A stretch of 64,000 nucleotides of DNA from Antedon mediterranea (Eukaryota; Animalia; Echinodermata), in contig NC_092672.1 of the NCBI RefSeq assembly GCF_964355755.1, positions 34,478,437 to 34,542,436 of the forward strand, read 5' to 3'. This document shows, piece after piece, positions 48,101 to 61,800 of the stretch. A program made the translations under genes and the position numbers. A model generated the notes under the pieces. It made no database searches, was not told the DNA's origin, and was given only the letters and a program-made list of their open reading frames with translations. Positions within the stretch are counted from its first letter, which is position 1; every line of letters starts with the position of its first letter.

Positions 48101-51100
48101 GATATGAATATTTATGATAGCATTACTGGACATATGTGACAATGTGGGAATGGTTTTTACAGACGACACTTACACAATAACGCACTCTTTGAAAAACTCG
48201 CCCCAAAACCAGACTAAACTTCTGTTTAGCACACATTCTGAATACCAGAATTTCTGGAAAAGCATAGTAGGCCAACCCCACCAGACAAAATTCTGTTTTA
48301 CCATTAAAAACACATTCTGAATACCAGAATTTCTCGAAAAGCAGACATATTAGGCCAGCCCCACCAGACATATTAGGCCAGCCCAAGGGTGTCCGGTAGT
48401 GGGAGAGTTGATTGTATAGTATAACAATTGTGTGAAAATGATTGGTTCTATAATGAACAGTATGGTATGTAAAAAAGTAGATTAAAACATTGGTTTTATT
48501 TTGTTTTAAAAAAAATTATATTATAATATGTATAAATTCTGATCATTGATTATTATGGTAACTATCACAGAAAAAAATATTGATTGATGCTTTACTTTTA
48601 TAGTGATACGATCGCATGGAAATGTTCATTATATTTTTATGCACATTTCAATGATTATTGCTTTGATATTTTGAAAAGAACTGATGCATGTTTGTCTGAT
48701 CGTTGCTACACCACTACATCATGCTGCATTTAAGTTGATTTGACAATGCAGCACAAGATAGTAGCGTAGCACAGATCAGGTTTCTTCTCTGGATCTCCTA
48801 ACAGCTTCACATTGTAAGATATGGATGATATACGTAAAGATAGATGAATCCATTATTGCATATAGCAGATTTTAGCATAGCTGTAGCACATCTCTGTAGC
48901 ATACTGTACATGTAAGTTTACCATGTAGCAGCACACATTATAGCACACATGATCAGGTGATACACATGATTGTGGCACACAAGATCAGGTGACACACATG
49001 ATTGTAACACACATGATTGTAGCACACATGATCAGGTGACACACATGATTGTGGCACACATGATCAGGTGACACACATGATTGTAGCACACATGATCAGG
49101 TGACACACATGTTGCTACAGTGTATCAACTTGATTGAGTAGCACACATGATTAAATACTACACATTATAGAAAGTATTAGGTTAAGATATCAGTATTAAT
49201 TTGTAGCATGTAGCGGCAACATGTAGCATGTTCATGATTTATTAGGAATATATGTTAAACGCAGACTTCCATCATCAAAAGTACTACTACTAGTACTAGT
49301 AAGTATTAGTAGCATTGTAGATATTAATGGAGATTGGAGCTATAGCTTGGTGGTAATGTGCTTGCCTTTCAATCCCAAGGTCCAGGGTTCAATCCTGCTT
49401 ATGGTGCAACATTTGTAACAACAACTATATACTCCATCAAGCCTCAAATGAAACTTAGTTTACGAAAAAATGAAATGAAAAATTCTAAAATAGTTTATTT
49501 ATTCATCATGTGATTGACGAGTTGCTCACTGTTAGATGCAAGAAAAGAGAGATAGCGACAGTACAGTACATATTATAGTAATAAAATAAAAAGAAAGAGA
49601 GATAGTGACAGTACAGTACATAGTAATAAAATAAAAAGAAAGAGAGATAGTGACAGTACAGTACATATTATAGTAATAAAATCAAAAGAAAGAAAGATGT
49701 TTGTATATATTTTAAAGATGTTATTTCAATCTGATCTTGAACCTTCTCCATTTTTTTGCAATGTCATTTTATATCATTACAAGACATCAATACCTGCAGT
49801 GGACAACGTCATATCTGAAGAATGCTGCAATACATGATACAAAGGACGCATTTAACTTAAGAATTTTGAAATTTAATCTTCTATTTTACGAAAATACACA
49901 GAATAAAAATCCAAGTCATTTTCTGTAATGAAAATGTCATTTATAATTATACTTTATCTTAACTACTGCAGTGATAAATAAAATATAAATAAAATATTGT
50001 ATCTTATTTTGAATTTTTTGAATTCATAACTCGTCTTTATCTTTGTCAATTTATAATTGAATTTTAATCTCGCTACTATACATCGTTTAAAATATACTAA
50101 CTTAAACATTCATGACGCATTGCCGCATTAGAAAAACCTGTGCATCGCATTACATTGAACATTACGTACATTATACAATGTCATATAATGTCTGTTAAAT
50201 CTTTAACATATTTTTTTACCAACACTGATATAAATGGTATATAACTACAGAGCAGTTTTACTTACACTAACTATTATCTTGAACTGGTAGATAACACAGG
50301 CTATATGATATCCATATTGATAACGTTTAATCAGTAAATCATAATCAAGATGATTTTTAAGCGCATCTGCTGTGCCAACGTCGACCATGTTGATAGTGTC
50401 ACTAGTGATTCGATGACACTTCAGGACTAATGCATCATGTGAGAAGAACTATGCTCATTATATACAAGTAATTTATAAACATATAATATTTGTTGAGATG
50501 GTCCCTGATTATGAAGCCTTTCCATTCTCATCTATGTAATTCATCAAAATTTACTTTTCAATTGACAAAATATAATTTTTCAAATTTGGAATGGTTAGTT
50601 TTCTTTGATATGGTAATTATTCCTTTACAATTTTGAAATTTAAACATACTTTCACAAAAATCTTAATAATAATTTAATCCTTATATTATTATACTGTTTC
50701 TCTGGGATGCCAATTAAACTATAAATCAAAAATTAAAATTAAGTTAAATGTCTATTCTTATAAAGTATTTAGATTTAATAAATACAGTTAAAATTCATAA
50801 TTTATTATTTTATTTGTTTATTATTAGAGAAGGCCCCACAGAACAATAATTTGTGTACAGTACACCATAAACCTTTATAGACATATAAACAAAATTGTGT
50901 CAAAACATTTCTATAGAAATCAAACAAAAACATGATATCCAGCTAATGTTTAAATAAAAGCGATAGAATATTTATTATTTTAACTTTATAAAAAATCGAG
51001 AACAATGAAATCACAAGACAGTTGGCAATAATGAAATTATGTTGGAAGTTGAGGCTCAGAAGAGGAGATTCAAAATGATGATAAAATAAAATCTTTGGCT

Positions 51101-54100
51101 GAATGAAGATGTACAATATAATTGTCATGATGAGATGAATGGTCTATAAAATTGTTGACACGGAAAGAGCAAGGTTGGAGAAACTGTAATTGCACTAAAA
51201 TATTTATAAATTCCACTATAACTTTTACAGATTGGAAATGAGAAATTGTACTTTTCTTCCATTTTATACCATTTTCTCCTTGCGTTGTGTTTGTTTAATT
51301 TGTTGATTTGTATTATATTTTGTAAAATGTATCTTTTGCCTGAATAAATAATAACAGTAAGTGAGTACTTAAACTTGTCTGTAAAAATACTATTTGAGAA
51401 TATATTTTTAATTATTTATTAACCTAATAATATTGTTAATATATAATATTAATAACAAGTCTTTCAATGTTTTATAGTTATGTAGAAAGTTTATGTCTAA
51501 TTCGGTTCGGAGAGAAAAAAACGAAGAAAGACGAATTAGACGTTTTTTTTTTATTGTTAAAAATTATTTAAAAAATGTTATTGATGATGATCTTTAGCTT
51601 CTTGTACCCAAGATAAACTGTTTATCTTATTTATCATCATCCATATTTTAATTAACCTTTTTCTGGACACTAAACTATGTAAAATAATACGATAAATGAT
51701 CATTTTACCTTGCAATGTCAACATGAATTATATAATGCATTATTACACTACACAAGCAAATATGTAATTTATGAAATAAAGTGCACTGAAGCATATAACC
51801 ATAATGTTTACAAGACAAATGTCATTGATATTTTGAGCGTATTGTGTGCGTTCAAGCGTGATGTTAATATTTTTTTATCAATAGACTCTTTAATGATCTA
51901 ATTTATGCATCTGTTGTGGTAGTATAATGTATGTAAATTTGCAGCGCCCTCTAGGCTAGCTTCAGTGTTACGGTAGTTAAAATTTTCTTTTAGATTCTGC
52001 TGACCCTTACTAACTGCTTTTAGATAGTTTGAGGTGCTAAAGACCATTCAATGATTATCATCAGAGAGATGCAAAGACCATCATCAGAGAGATGCAAAGA
52101 CTATTGTCAGAGGGATGGCAGAGACCATCATCAGAAAGATCATCGACCATCGTCAGACAGAGGGATGCAATGACCCATCATCAATTCAAAGGGCTGCAAG
52201 GACCATCGTCACACAGAGGGATGGCAATGACCATCATCAGAAGGATTAAAGACCATCGTCAGACAGAGGGATGCAATGACCATCGTCAGAGGGATGCAAG
52301 GACCATTGTCAGAGTGATGCAAGGACCACATGAGGCTACACTTCACCGGGCAGCTGATGCAGGTCTGAGAGGACACATCAGCACACCAGTGAAGCGTAGT
52401 AACATGAAGCAAAAGATGATTTCCAGACCAAAGAAGTAACATCAACAAAATTATGAAAGTTTAGTGACAAGTCTTCTGGAGAGACCAGAGGGCCTTCCCA
52501 CAACCACACCCTGCACGAAGATGGTATCACAAGTAGCACAGAGGGTGCCAACTTTTTCAGTGTATGTGAAGGAAGTGTAAAACCACACAACCACGCAAGA
52601 AGATCAACATTTCTAGTAGAATTTGAGAACATACACCAGAAAGATAAAAAAATTATTTAATAAAGAGTATGACAATTCAAGAAAAAGAAAGAAAATAAAC
52701 AAATTGTTACAAAGCTGAATTTATGTTATAGAAATAGGGACTGGATTTGTTTTAGTATTTTACTTATTTTTAGCTCTTTTGTTATAATTTGTGATCCAAA
52801 AGAAAAATAAAATTAGAATTTTTAATTGAATTAAAATAGAAAGTCAGGAAAGGGCGTGGCAACTAGATGGATTAGAAAATAAAAAATGGACAAATAGTAG
52901 GGCCTATGCATTTTCAAATTCAGGTATGGTAGAAATACACTTTCAAGTGAAAACACCAAAGAGAAACTGTGATCTTAAAGATTGTTGGAAAGACTTCCAT
53001 AGTATTTACAGTAAAAGTGTTTAATATTAGTTACACTTTCTTATCAATTTTGGCATTTTTACATATAGAAAATTTACATACCTTTTTTTTTAAAACAAAT
53101 TAACTTTTAACACTAGCAATTTAAATATGTTGACATTCCGTTATTTATAGAATGTTACGAATAATCTATTTATTTCTCGGAAAAATAGCTAGAAATGGAA
53201 AAAATCAACGCCAATATGCTACTATAGTACTATAGTAACACTTTATCAAATTTGACATTTTTTACATATAGAAAATTTACATACCTTTTTTTTAAAACAA
53301 ATTAACTTTTAACACTAGCAATTTAAATATGTTGACATTCCTGTTATTTATATTACAAATAATCTAGCAATTTATTTCTCGGAAAAATAGCTATAAATGA
53401 AAACAATTTACGCAAATATGTTACTATAGTACTACAGGATTTCAATGTATTCAACCTGCTTAATACTATAGAGTATAAAGTCACGTTACTGATCAAAATA
53501 AATGAACGGATTTGACCAGGTGAGAATTAAAATACAACCACAGGTCAAACATATCTACAAACTCATCTGTAAAAATAATATCTAATTTGTATTCTGTATG
53601 GATTTTAAATTTTTAAATACAAACATGAAGAATACGTTTTCTTTTTTAAATAAAAATATAATAAAATAACTTACCATCGATCTTTGCCAGTTCTTTGAAG
53701 TGCGGGTATAAATGCAATGTTGCATTTCCCTAGAAAAAAAAGAAATAAAACCCGTAAAGAAATGTTTAATTATTTTCTCTTGCAGAAAAACAGTACACAT
53801 AACTGTAGATAAAGTGTGTCAAAGTACAGTGCTGTACAATGAAGACATGATGAAAATAACAATATTTTGTAGTTAAATTTGTGATCCTAATACAACAAGG
53901 TTACATACCGATCATTATGAAACATATCAATGTGCAGTAAGTTGTACCATTTATTAAGAGGGGTGTTTAAAACATTAAATTTCAATTTAAAGAAATAAAA
54001 GGGGAATATTGTTACCAACTCAGAAAAAAATAATTAAGTTTTTACTATTATTTGATGCATAGCATATATTATAAAGTATTTTTTGAATCAGTCATTTAAA

Positions 54101-57100
54101 AAAAAAGAATTAACAAATGGTTTTATTAAAAAATAATAGTTATATTTACATAAACCTCTACAAAGAAAAATGGTAAAGTCCCAGGTGAGGGATCCTTGAG
54201 ATTTTCAATCAATGGACACCTGTTAATACCCAAGGCCAGTTAATTTATCTTACTCATTGAGATGTCCATACTAATGGTCTAATGTCCCTGGACATTCAAT
54301 GACCAACCTAACTGGACATTAGCTATGTCCTTCCAGTAAGGTTTGCGCATGCTCATTGCATGGAATCAGGCCATGATTGACCATCAGTTTTGTTTAAGTG
54401 CTGGTCAGCCTATTATATGTTTGGCCTTACTTTAATACTAGCTTTAGCAATTAGTTAACAAATAACCAGAGTATATTTTAAAAGTAAATAGATTATTCAG
54501 CCAATCTATTATTAGATATATCCTTGGACAACCTTTAGTAGTATTACAATTTCTATTAAAAATATACAGTAATAATTAATAAGCTAGTAAATATACAATC
54601 AATTAATAAAATTCAGAATATAAATATTTTAATAAATTTATGTTTATGGAGTTTAAACAAATTGACAGAGCATGTACTTAGAATATCTTTTATCATCATC
54701 TACAGCTCTGTCTACACTATCAAACTACAGTAGTTTGACAAAAAAAAGTGTAATGTGCCCAAATATGGTAGTGATATGCCCAAACATGGTAGTGATATGA
54801 CATCATCATGTTTTTGTTACATATCAATTTGATAGTGTAGACAGAGCTTTAGTTAAAGAATAGCTGTTAGTATAATATAATATGTTATTAGCTATCAACA
54901 ACAAAGAAAGCAAATTATCGTAAAATGTTATGGAGAACTATAAAATACATTGAAATTTAACAATAATATATTTTTATAAACAAAACTAAAGATAAATTTT
55001 ACATAATTATTAATAGACGAAAGATACATTTGTTTATAAAATAATTTACTAAAATACAATAATAATATTTTGTAGTTCAATTGTAAGCTTTATTATCCGA
55101 TATTTGAAACATTAAATCCAATTGAAGGACAAGGCTTTATAGAATTATTACAAAATATAAATGATCTATTTTTATTTTAATGGAAAATTAAACTGTATTG
55201 TAAAAATACAAAGAAAGGTCATGTAATTATTTAAAATAAATATTTTACTATCGTTATATATTTACTATTTATTTTACAGCAAACTAACATTTTAACAAGA
55301 TTTAGTTAAATTAATATAGATTCAGATTTTTGATATATTAATAGTAATACTCTTTATTTTAAGAGGGAATATGAATATTTATATATAAAATTTCACAAAA
55401 TTTACATTTTCAAAAAATAGTTTTGCATAGATATTAATTTAATAAACACACAATATTATACCTGATCTATATTTATATAAATTGTCTAAATGTCTACAAG
55501 ACAACTATTCAAAAAGGTGCACAACAAAACGCAAAAACTTACCGTGAGTGATTCTCGTTTTCTGCCACTAGTGACAAAAGTAAAACCTTGCGTTTCGATG
55601 GCAACACCTGTACGTTGGACATGTTCCTCAATATACCTGCAAAAGAATTCAAATTTGGTTTAATTATTTTACTTTTAGCAGCATGTATTTACTAGCAAAT
55701 TAATAAATTTTAAAAATTGTTATTGTTCCACTAAGAAAACTTTTATATAAAATTTAATTACAATATTCAATTACAATACAACATTGTATATTCAGTTATT
55801 GTAAGTTCAGTAGACAATATGAAATTCTTTGACAAAATAATATTCAAATGTTTGTTACTTTTCAGGCCTTGCCTTTTAAGGCGAGCGAGTGCGATCACTC
55901 TCCTAACACACTCCTAAACTGCCCTTGAGGCACACTCAAATTTGGTAAACTTCTACACACCAAAATACAAACAGCACACCTACAGCACCCCTGAATGTAT
56001 TGAGGAGTGCAATTTGTAGCACACCTATAATTATCAAAAGACAAGGCCAGACTTTTCAAGATATGTTCTCCCCTCAGTGGAGAGAAAATGACTATGTTGG
56101 TTTATCCAGGTAAGCTAGGCACAACAAATACAATTTACAAGTATAGTTTAAAAAAATGATGTTTTAACAAGATAAAAAGTAGATTCATTGTTCTGCTAAT
56201 TTAGAAATAAATTCCGAAATGTAAAGCAGGTTACCGAATGAGTGTAAAATTTAACTAAATCTATACAAAAATGTCAAAAATTGTATACTTTATTTATTAT
56301 TTGGATTCATTCTTTTATATGGTTATTCTATATTTAGAAATATTATTTGTGCTATCAAATAGATTTTATACATAGCATTGTTGAAAACATTTAGAGAGCA
56401 CTTCCAGCTTAAATACAAGGACACAAAGTATTAATTACGACAGAAACAATGGCCGTATCTAGGGCATCTGAGCCTGTTAGATATCCTAATATGACCAGCA
56501 AAAATACAAAGAATCGCTGCAATGTTAAAAGGATTTCGGTTGCAACACTATGCCATGGCTATCACTAATAAAGGAGAGCTGTTAATTCTTGAAATGGCTG
56601 ATGGATGTAGGCAACGTATTAAATTATTCAAAATACTATCCCAGGATGCTTTGTTTTATTGAAACTGTTAAATGTCTTAACATAAAACCACCATGATGGA
56701 TTAAATAAAACACAAACAAATCACTGTGTAAAAAAAATTCGTGTAAAGCTTTTTTTTTGTAAAATAAAATATTACATTTTCGGTTTTATGGAGAAATAAT
56801 CCATGTTTCTTGCTAAGCTATTTTTTGTAAAATAAAATATTACATTTTCGGTTTTATTTATATCATGGAGAAATAATCCATGTTTATACTAAGTATAATT
56901 CTATTTTTTTCTACTATTTGGGCCCTGTGAAGGAAACCATTGTAATACACACATCAAAGAATGGCTATTTATGGATCAAAAAGCTATAGATCCAGAAAAC
57001 AAAACTGAACAATATATTTGTGAAATTTAAGACTGAGACTACAAAAAATCTGGATAATTGAAATTAATCAACCATAAAAGCAAAATGAAATCAAGTAAGT

Positions 57101-60100
57101 AGACCTATATGAAACAATTTTAAATATAAATTGTGCAAAGAAGACCCACACCCGATTAATGCCAAAGAAAAAAAAATTAACCACAAAATATTGAAATAAT
57201 AAAAAAATGTAAATTCTGCAGCAGAATCAATCATAGAATCCAATTCACTGATGCGAATAAATAAGATATCTTGAAACTTACCTTAGATTCTGTAATGTAA
57301 AATGTTTAAAGTAAAGATTTGTTGAAATTGAATTGGAGAGTCACAGTGTCCTGTTGCTTTGGTGTCTGAATAACTACTAAATTCTATCTAACTATTGCAG
57401 AAGGTCTACACAGCACATAAAGAAAACAGCCTTGATGAATATTCATGAAGCCAAGAAGACCTCCATTTGCAGAATGCAAGCTAGCCTGCTGATGGTCATC
57501 TCTCATTATTGGAAATTTCTATGCTGATCACACCATTTGTCCAGTTTGCCATGAACCTCAAGAGCCTTGGCATCAAGGCCTAGCTCCCAAGAGCAAACTA
57601 ACCATGTCCCTGAACCAACCAGGCCTCCAGGCCAATATTTGTCCACTGACCACAAGAACAAACATACTGTGAGGGAACATTTGAGAAAGAGGTATAAAAA
57701 GGGCAGGAAAAGTTCCTAAAGAAACAAGGCTGAAACATTTCATAAGCAACCTGAATATAAATCATAAAACACACAGAAAACTTTCACAAACTTCTAGACC
57801 AATCACAATGCTTTACATGCCAGCCAATCAGAATCGTATTATGTGAATGTTAACATAGATAAACTAGATGCCTTAGAAACCAGTTTATTTTTATAGTTTT
57901 AAATAGATATATTTTATATTAGTAGGAATATCAGGAGAAACTACAGCAATAGGTACAAACAAATCTACTGCCAAGGGACAATGCTATATTTACATGACCC
58001 AAAGTGAAGTCATAATAAAAGTACTTTTGATAATTGCTAGCATAAAAAATAGTAACTATACATAATAATAGTAAAATGTTTTCATTTAAACCCATTTCAA
58101 TTATACTTTTTTTTACTTGCGATAACTTTTGATTGTTAAAGTAGACAGTACCATAGGAATACTGGTTGGGAAGGTTTCATTTGATGTATCATAACTTTCA
58201 ACGGAATACTGTATATAGGGAAAGAAATAAGGAGGGAAAGAGCTAAGGAACTATAGATGAAAACAGAGAGAAAGGAAAATTATCAGGAATGAAGGAAAAG
58301 AGAAGATGAAAGAAACAGGAACATAAAGACATTAAGAAAGAAGGAGGAAAAGCAAGATATGAAAGATGAAGAAGTACTCAAGAAGTAAGGGAAAAATATA
58401 AGAAATGAAGGAAGAAAGAGATGAGGAAATGAAGTGACATTGAAACAAAAAGAAATTATGATGGTTGTATGTTGGGATGCTACCACTTGAGGGTGGGGTT
58501 CATGGAATGTACCATTATCGGATAGGGATGTTTCATTAAATGTTATATATTCGACTTGTAACTCTCTTCTTGGAGTGAATAGGCCAATGTCGGTTTATCC
58601 AGGTAAGCTAGGCACGATATAGACAACATAATAATACCCGTATATTAAAATCATCAAAGGGTCATGTTTGTGGATTATCGTATCTTCTCCAGAAAATTAA
58701 ACGACGACACAACTTGATTCTGATTGGTTGAGGGGACTCAATAACCGTCAAACAAAACACCACTTTGTTTCCTATTACTACAATCGAGCTTCTTCGTTTA
58801 AAAACTACCCTTGAGAACTGTGAATTCGTTCTTTAATTGCTACTCAAATAAGTACAATTATAATTGTATATACAAGGTCTATGTCTTCGATACATTTCTA
58901 AATCCAAGTTTGACTTTATAATAAGTATGTTGCTTAATTGGATAACAAGCCAATCAGAATGCTTTCTCAAAATCAATGGTTTTTGAAGTGTAATTTATCA
59001 AGCATTATGAAGAAACAGCTCGTAATCATAAATGTATTAAATCAGTGAAATATTCATCAGTTTCTGTATAATATTCAAATTGCATTCATTTATCTATTCT
59101 TACTAAATGTGCTTATGGTTTTTTTTAAATAATTTAATTTTCATTTCAAATAGGATTTTTTGATGAAAAGGTTTCATTGGATTTTAATAAAAGATTTATA
59201 ATGAAATTTAATTTTGAAATCATCAATTAATAGTATTGTATTGCAAAAATAGTAAACTATAAACTTAACTTTACATCATTCTTGTCATTTTTATATTGTA
59301 ATTTTTAGTTATTAAATTACAGTAAATTGACAACTTCTTATTCTGTTGGATGGCATATGTATGAACAATTCTGAAATTTTAAATATTTTTTTTTATTGTT
59401 TTGTCACTATTTGTGTAGATTAATTATTGTAAAACTACTAAAGATTATCTATTTAAAATTAATTTAGCTTGAAAACAGTTCTTTAATGATATTTAATATT
59501 TCAAATGCTGTTCAACTTGATAACTGAATGTATACTAAAATAACTGAAAATTTCTGCCTAATTCTTGCTACTCTTCAATTTTCTGATAATAAAGTTTCAC
59601 TATAGTTTCTCTCAACAAGATTAATTTCCATAAAAAATTGCAATTTCCAATATCAAATTATTAAAATTCAACTGTTATTGTTAATATTAATAATCACATT
59701 CTGCATTCTTAGTTGTAAATCTTTTCAACCAATCACAGAGGTCAATATAACTCCACCAATCAGAGAAGGGATACTATTCAACCTATGTAAAGGTAAATGT
59801 AATCAAGACTCCCTAAGTTAGCTTAATTGTAAGTGACAAGTGCCTATGGCCAATAGTGAACTTGTCCTAAATAACAATGACCCTCTAAGTCTCATGTACA
59901 ATGATGACATGTTCAGGTTAGCTTAAGGGTCACACAAAATGATCAACAGAGAGGGATTTGGGAAGGGCTGGGAAGAGGGACTGGGAGGGACTGACTGGGG
60001 AAGGACTGGGAAAAGGGACTGGGGAGAAGGACATGGGAAGGACTGGGAAAAGGGACTGGAGAGGACTGGGAGAACTTGGGTAGGACTGGGCTGGGAAAGG

Positions 60101-61800
60101 GGACTGGAGAGAGAGGGACTGGAGAGAGGGACTGGGAAAAGGGACTGGAGAGAGGGACTGGGGAGAGGGAAGGTGAAGCTGATGTCATGAATCTCATTCC
60201 CTCTACTTTCATGTTCAATATTGACAAGCTGGTGGGAAACTTGGGAAAAACATGGTTAAGAGATGAATATTCATTAACACTTTTTTTGTGAGATTCTGGC
60301 ATTCTATGCATTGTCTCCCTGATCTATGGACGTACGTACGTACATTTAAGCTTGTCTACACTATCAAACAAGTTTGAAAAAAAAAGTGTGACGTGCTCAA
60401 ATATGGTAGCGATATTCCCAAATATGGTAGCGATATGCCCAAGTATGGTAGCGATATGACATCATCATGTCCATATATGGGCACATCACATTTTTTGTCA
60501 CATTAAGTTTGATAGTGTAGACAGAACTTTACATCAGCCTTTACAAAATTAAAGTGCCAAATTAGAGTTAGACTACAAGAAGTTTGACAAAAAAGTGTGA
60601 TGTGCTCAAATATGGTAGTAATATGCCCAAGTATAGTAGTTGATATGACATCATCGTGTCCATATATGGGCACATCAAATTTTTTGTAACATTAAGTTTG
60701 ATAGTGTAGACAGAGCTTTACATCAACCTTAACACAATTAAGGTGCCCAATTAGGCTCAATCTGGATAATGTTTGAAAGTACACAGTATAGCTGAAAATA
60801 TTCTACTCAATCATAATGCACGTACCTACAGCAGTTGTCAAGTGACGTTTATCCAAATAAAACATACAATCCAGATAACCCTTGTCTCTCAATATGTCAA
60901 ATAAAACCTATTTGGTAATGCATCTTCTGCACCAGTAGAAAGGATGAGAGGTGGCATTTATCCCAGTTGACCTTTCGATAACGTGCCCTAGTTTCCAAGC
61001 AATGATGAAATTCTATCCACAATCCTAAACTAACACAACTTGATATTGAATATACTTCCATTCATGATGAAGAAGTGCTTAGATCACACTGGACTTAATT
61101 TGGTCAATTTAACAGAGTCGCCGGCTAAATTTATCAAGAATATCGTCCAATCCGAACAGCTACAATCCTTTCAGGGTTCAATTAAGCAAGACAATGTTTA
61201 AATTTACCGACCACTGCCTGACAGAGAGAACTATAATATATGATCGACATTTGAAAACAAATTTGGTGATAACTTGTCCTGATGTAAAAATTGAATTTTA
61301 GTAGGTTTTGTTTGTCGATAAATATCTCTAATGCAATATCTCAAAATGGATTCCAATATTGGGATTGAATTGAAATATTTTATTTAGACTGGTCTCCCAG
61401 ATAGAGGGCCCAGTTATGATCAGTATGATGTACTAGTACACCAGGGTTACCCCTTACTCGTCATGAAAGATGTACTAGGTTCTTTAAAGTGCACAACGAC
61501 TAGATGTGTACACTGGACTTACAGTTTATAATCCTTATCTGAGAAAACTCTACTACCTGGACCATGGAGCGAGTGAGCCTCGAACCCTTGCCGCTGTTTC
61601 AGCTATGTAATTACGGTTCCACTGTCTTGACCGCTCGCCACTCACTCACTTGAATCAAGAAACACCAACGTACAACATGAACACTTACCAATTAATGAAG
61701 GAACTTTTACCAGCCGAGTGGTTACCAATCAGAAGAACGGTAATCTTCTTCCGCGGAACAAGAAGACGCAAGTTTAGTCGTTCTGCAATAGTCTGCAATC
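39182..61800 (-). CDS. Uncharacterised dynamin/EHD-superfamily P-loop GTPase with two C-terminal transmembrane segments (5' exon(s) not found in the window)
   Basis: Exons 61800-61689, 55636-55543, 53729-53675, 47487-47347, 46469-46309, 43077-42970, 42376-42234, 41233-41062, 40391-40279, 39722-39638, 39235-39182, all in phase. Motifs: G1 GNHSAGKS, G2-like ETQGF, G3 DTPG, G4 SKAD. These are followed by a helical region, two hydrophobic segments (AFIFNVLGLCLPLLLFINFLA and ALGFLFFLSFLLILIANF) and a basic tail ending QDL*. Confidence 0.88.
40093..40236. mobile_element. Tc1/mariner (Tigger-like) MITE
   Basis: TA|CAGTGGACTCTCCCAATAC ... GTATTGGGAGAGTTGACTG|TA. Related copies at 14013-14172 (inside the U12 intron) and about 48200-48414. 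Confidence 0.75.
40668..41030 (+). mobile_element. tRNA-derived SINE with an internal 24-bp tandem expansion
   Basis: About nine copies of TCAATCCTGACCTAGTGCCAGGGT at about 40686-40900, followed by the normal SINE body. Confidence 0.8.
44133..44211. repeat. 19-bp tandem repeat (CAATTTACAGATTAGGTAA)x4
   Basis: Direct tandem repeats. Confidence 0.85.
45537..45611 (-). pseudogene. tRNA-like sequence (pseudo-tRNA or SINE head)
   Basis: The minus strand folds as GCCCCA/TGGGGC acceptor stem, D-arm with TGGTTAGGAC, TCTGC-ATATCAA-GCAGA anticodon arm (anticodon ATC) and a TTCGAGT T-loop with an imperfect T-stem. Confidence 0.55.
48940..49152. repeat. Minisatellite of CACACATGAT(CAGGTGA/TGTAG) units
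   Basis: Direct tandem repeats. Confidence 0.85.
52060..52330. repeat. Degenerate minisatellite (GACCATCGTCAGA..GGGATGCAA)
   Basis: Direct tandem repeats of about 20-28 bp. Confidence 0.8.
53053..53432. repeat. Local tandem duplication of about 200 bp
   Basis: CATTTT..ACATATAGAAAATTTACATACC...CTATAGTACTA occurs at about 53053 and again at about 53255. Confidence 0.8.
59952..60170 (+). repeat. Purine-rich GGGACTGG(A/G)n tandem repeat
   Basis: Strand-asymmetric G-run repeat. Confidence 0.85.
60349..60717. mobile_element. Two tandem PIF/Harbinger MITE copies
   Basis: One full copy (about 60349-60528) and one left-truncated copy (about 60580-60717). Both are followed by a similar TTACATCA..CTT flank, which suggests local duplication. 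Confidence 0.75.
61390..61650 (-). mobile_element. Deu/Nin-like SINE copy
   Basis: Reverse complement of the 15027/32978 family head and core. Confidence 0.72.

Noticed and set aside
49796-49885. Possible extra GTPase exon (minus-strand GTATTG donor with an open frame)
   Set aside because: The flanking exons 53729-53675 and 47487-47347 already join in frame with a continuous G-domain sequence, and the peptide is not homologous-looking.
57400-57700. GC-richer patch with an LIIGNF-like peptide, possibly a LINE endonuclease remnant
   Set aside because: It has multiple stops and frameshifts and the similarity is too weak to call without a search.
59939-60311. Gly/Glu/Arg-rich and Ser/Pro-rich ORFs
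   Set aside because: They are translations of the purine-rich simple repeat.
60940-61350. Possible decayed LINE fragment on the minus strand (RYRKVNWDK-like peptide)
   Set aside because: Only a short motif among stop codons, so it cannot be supported without a profile search.
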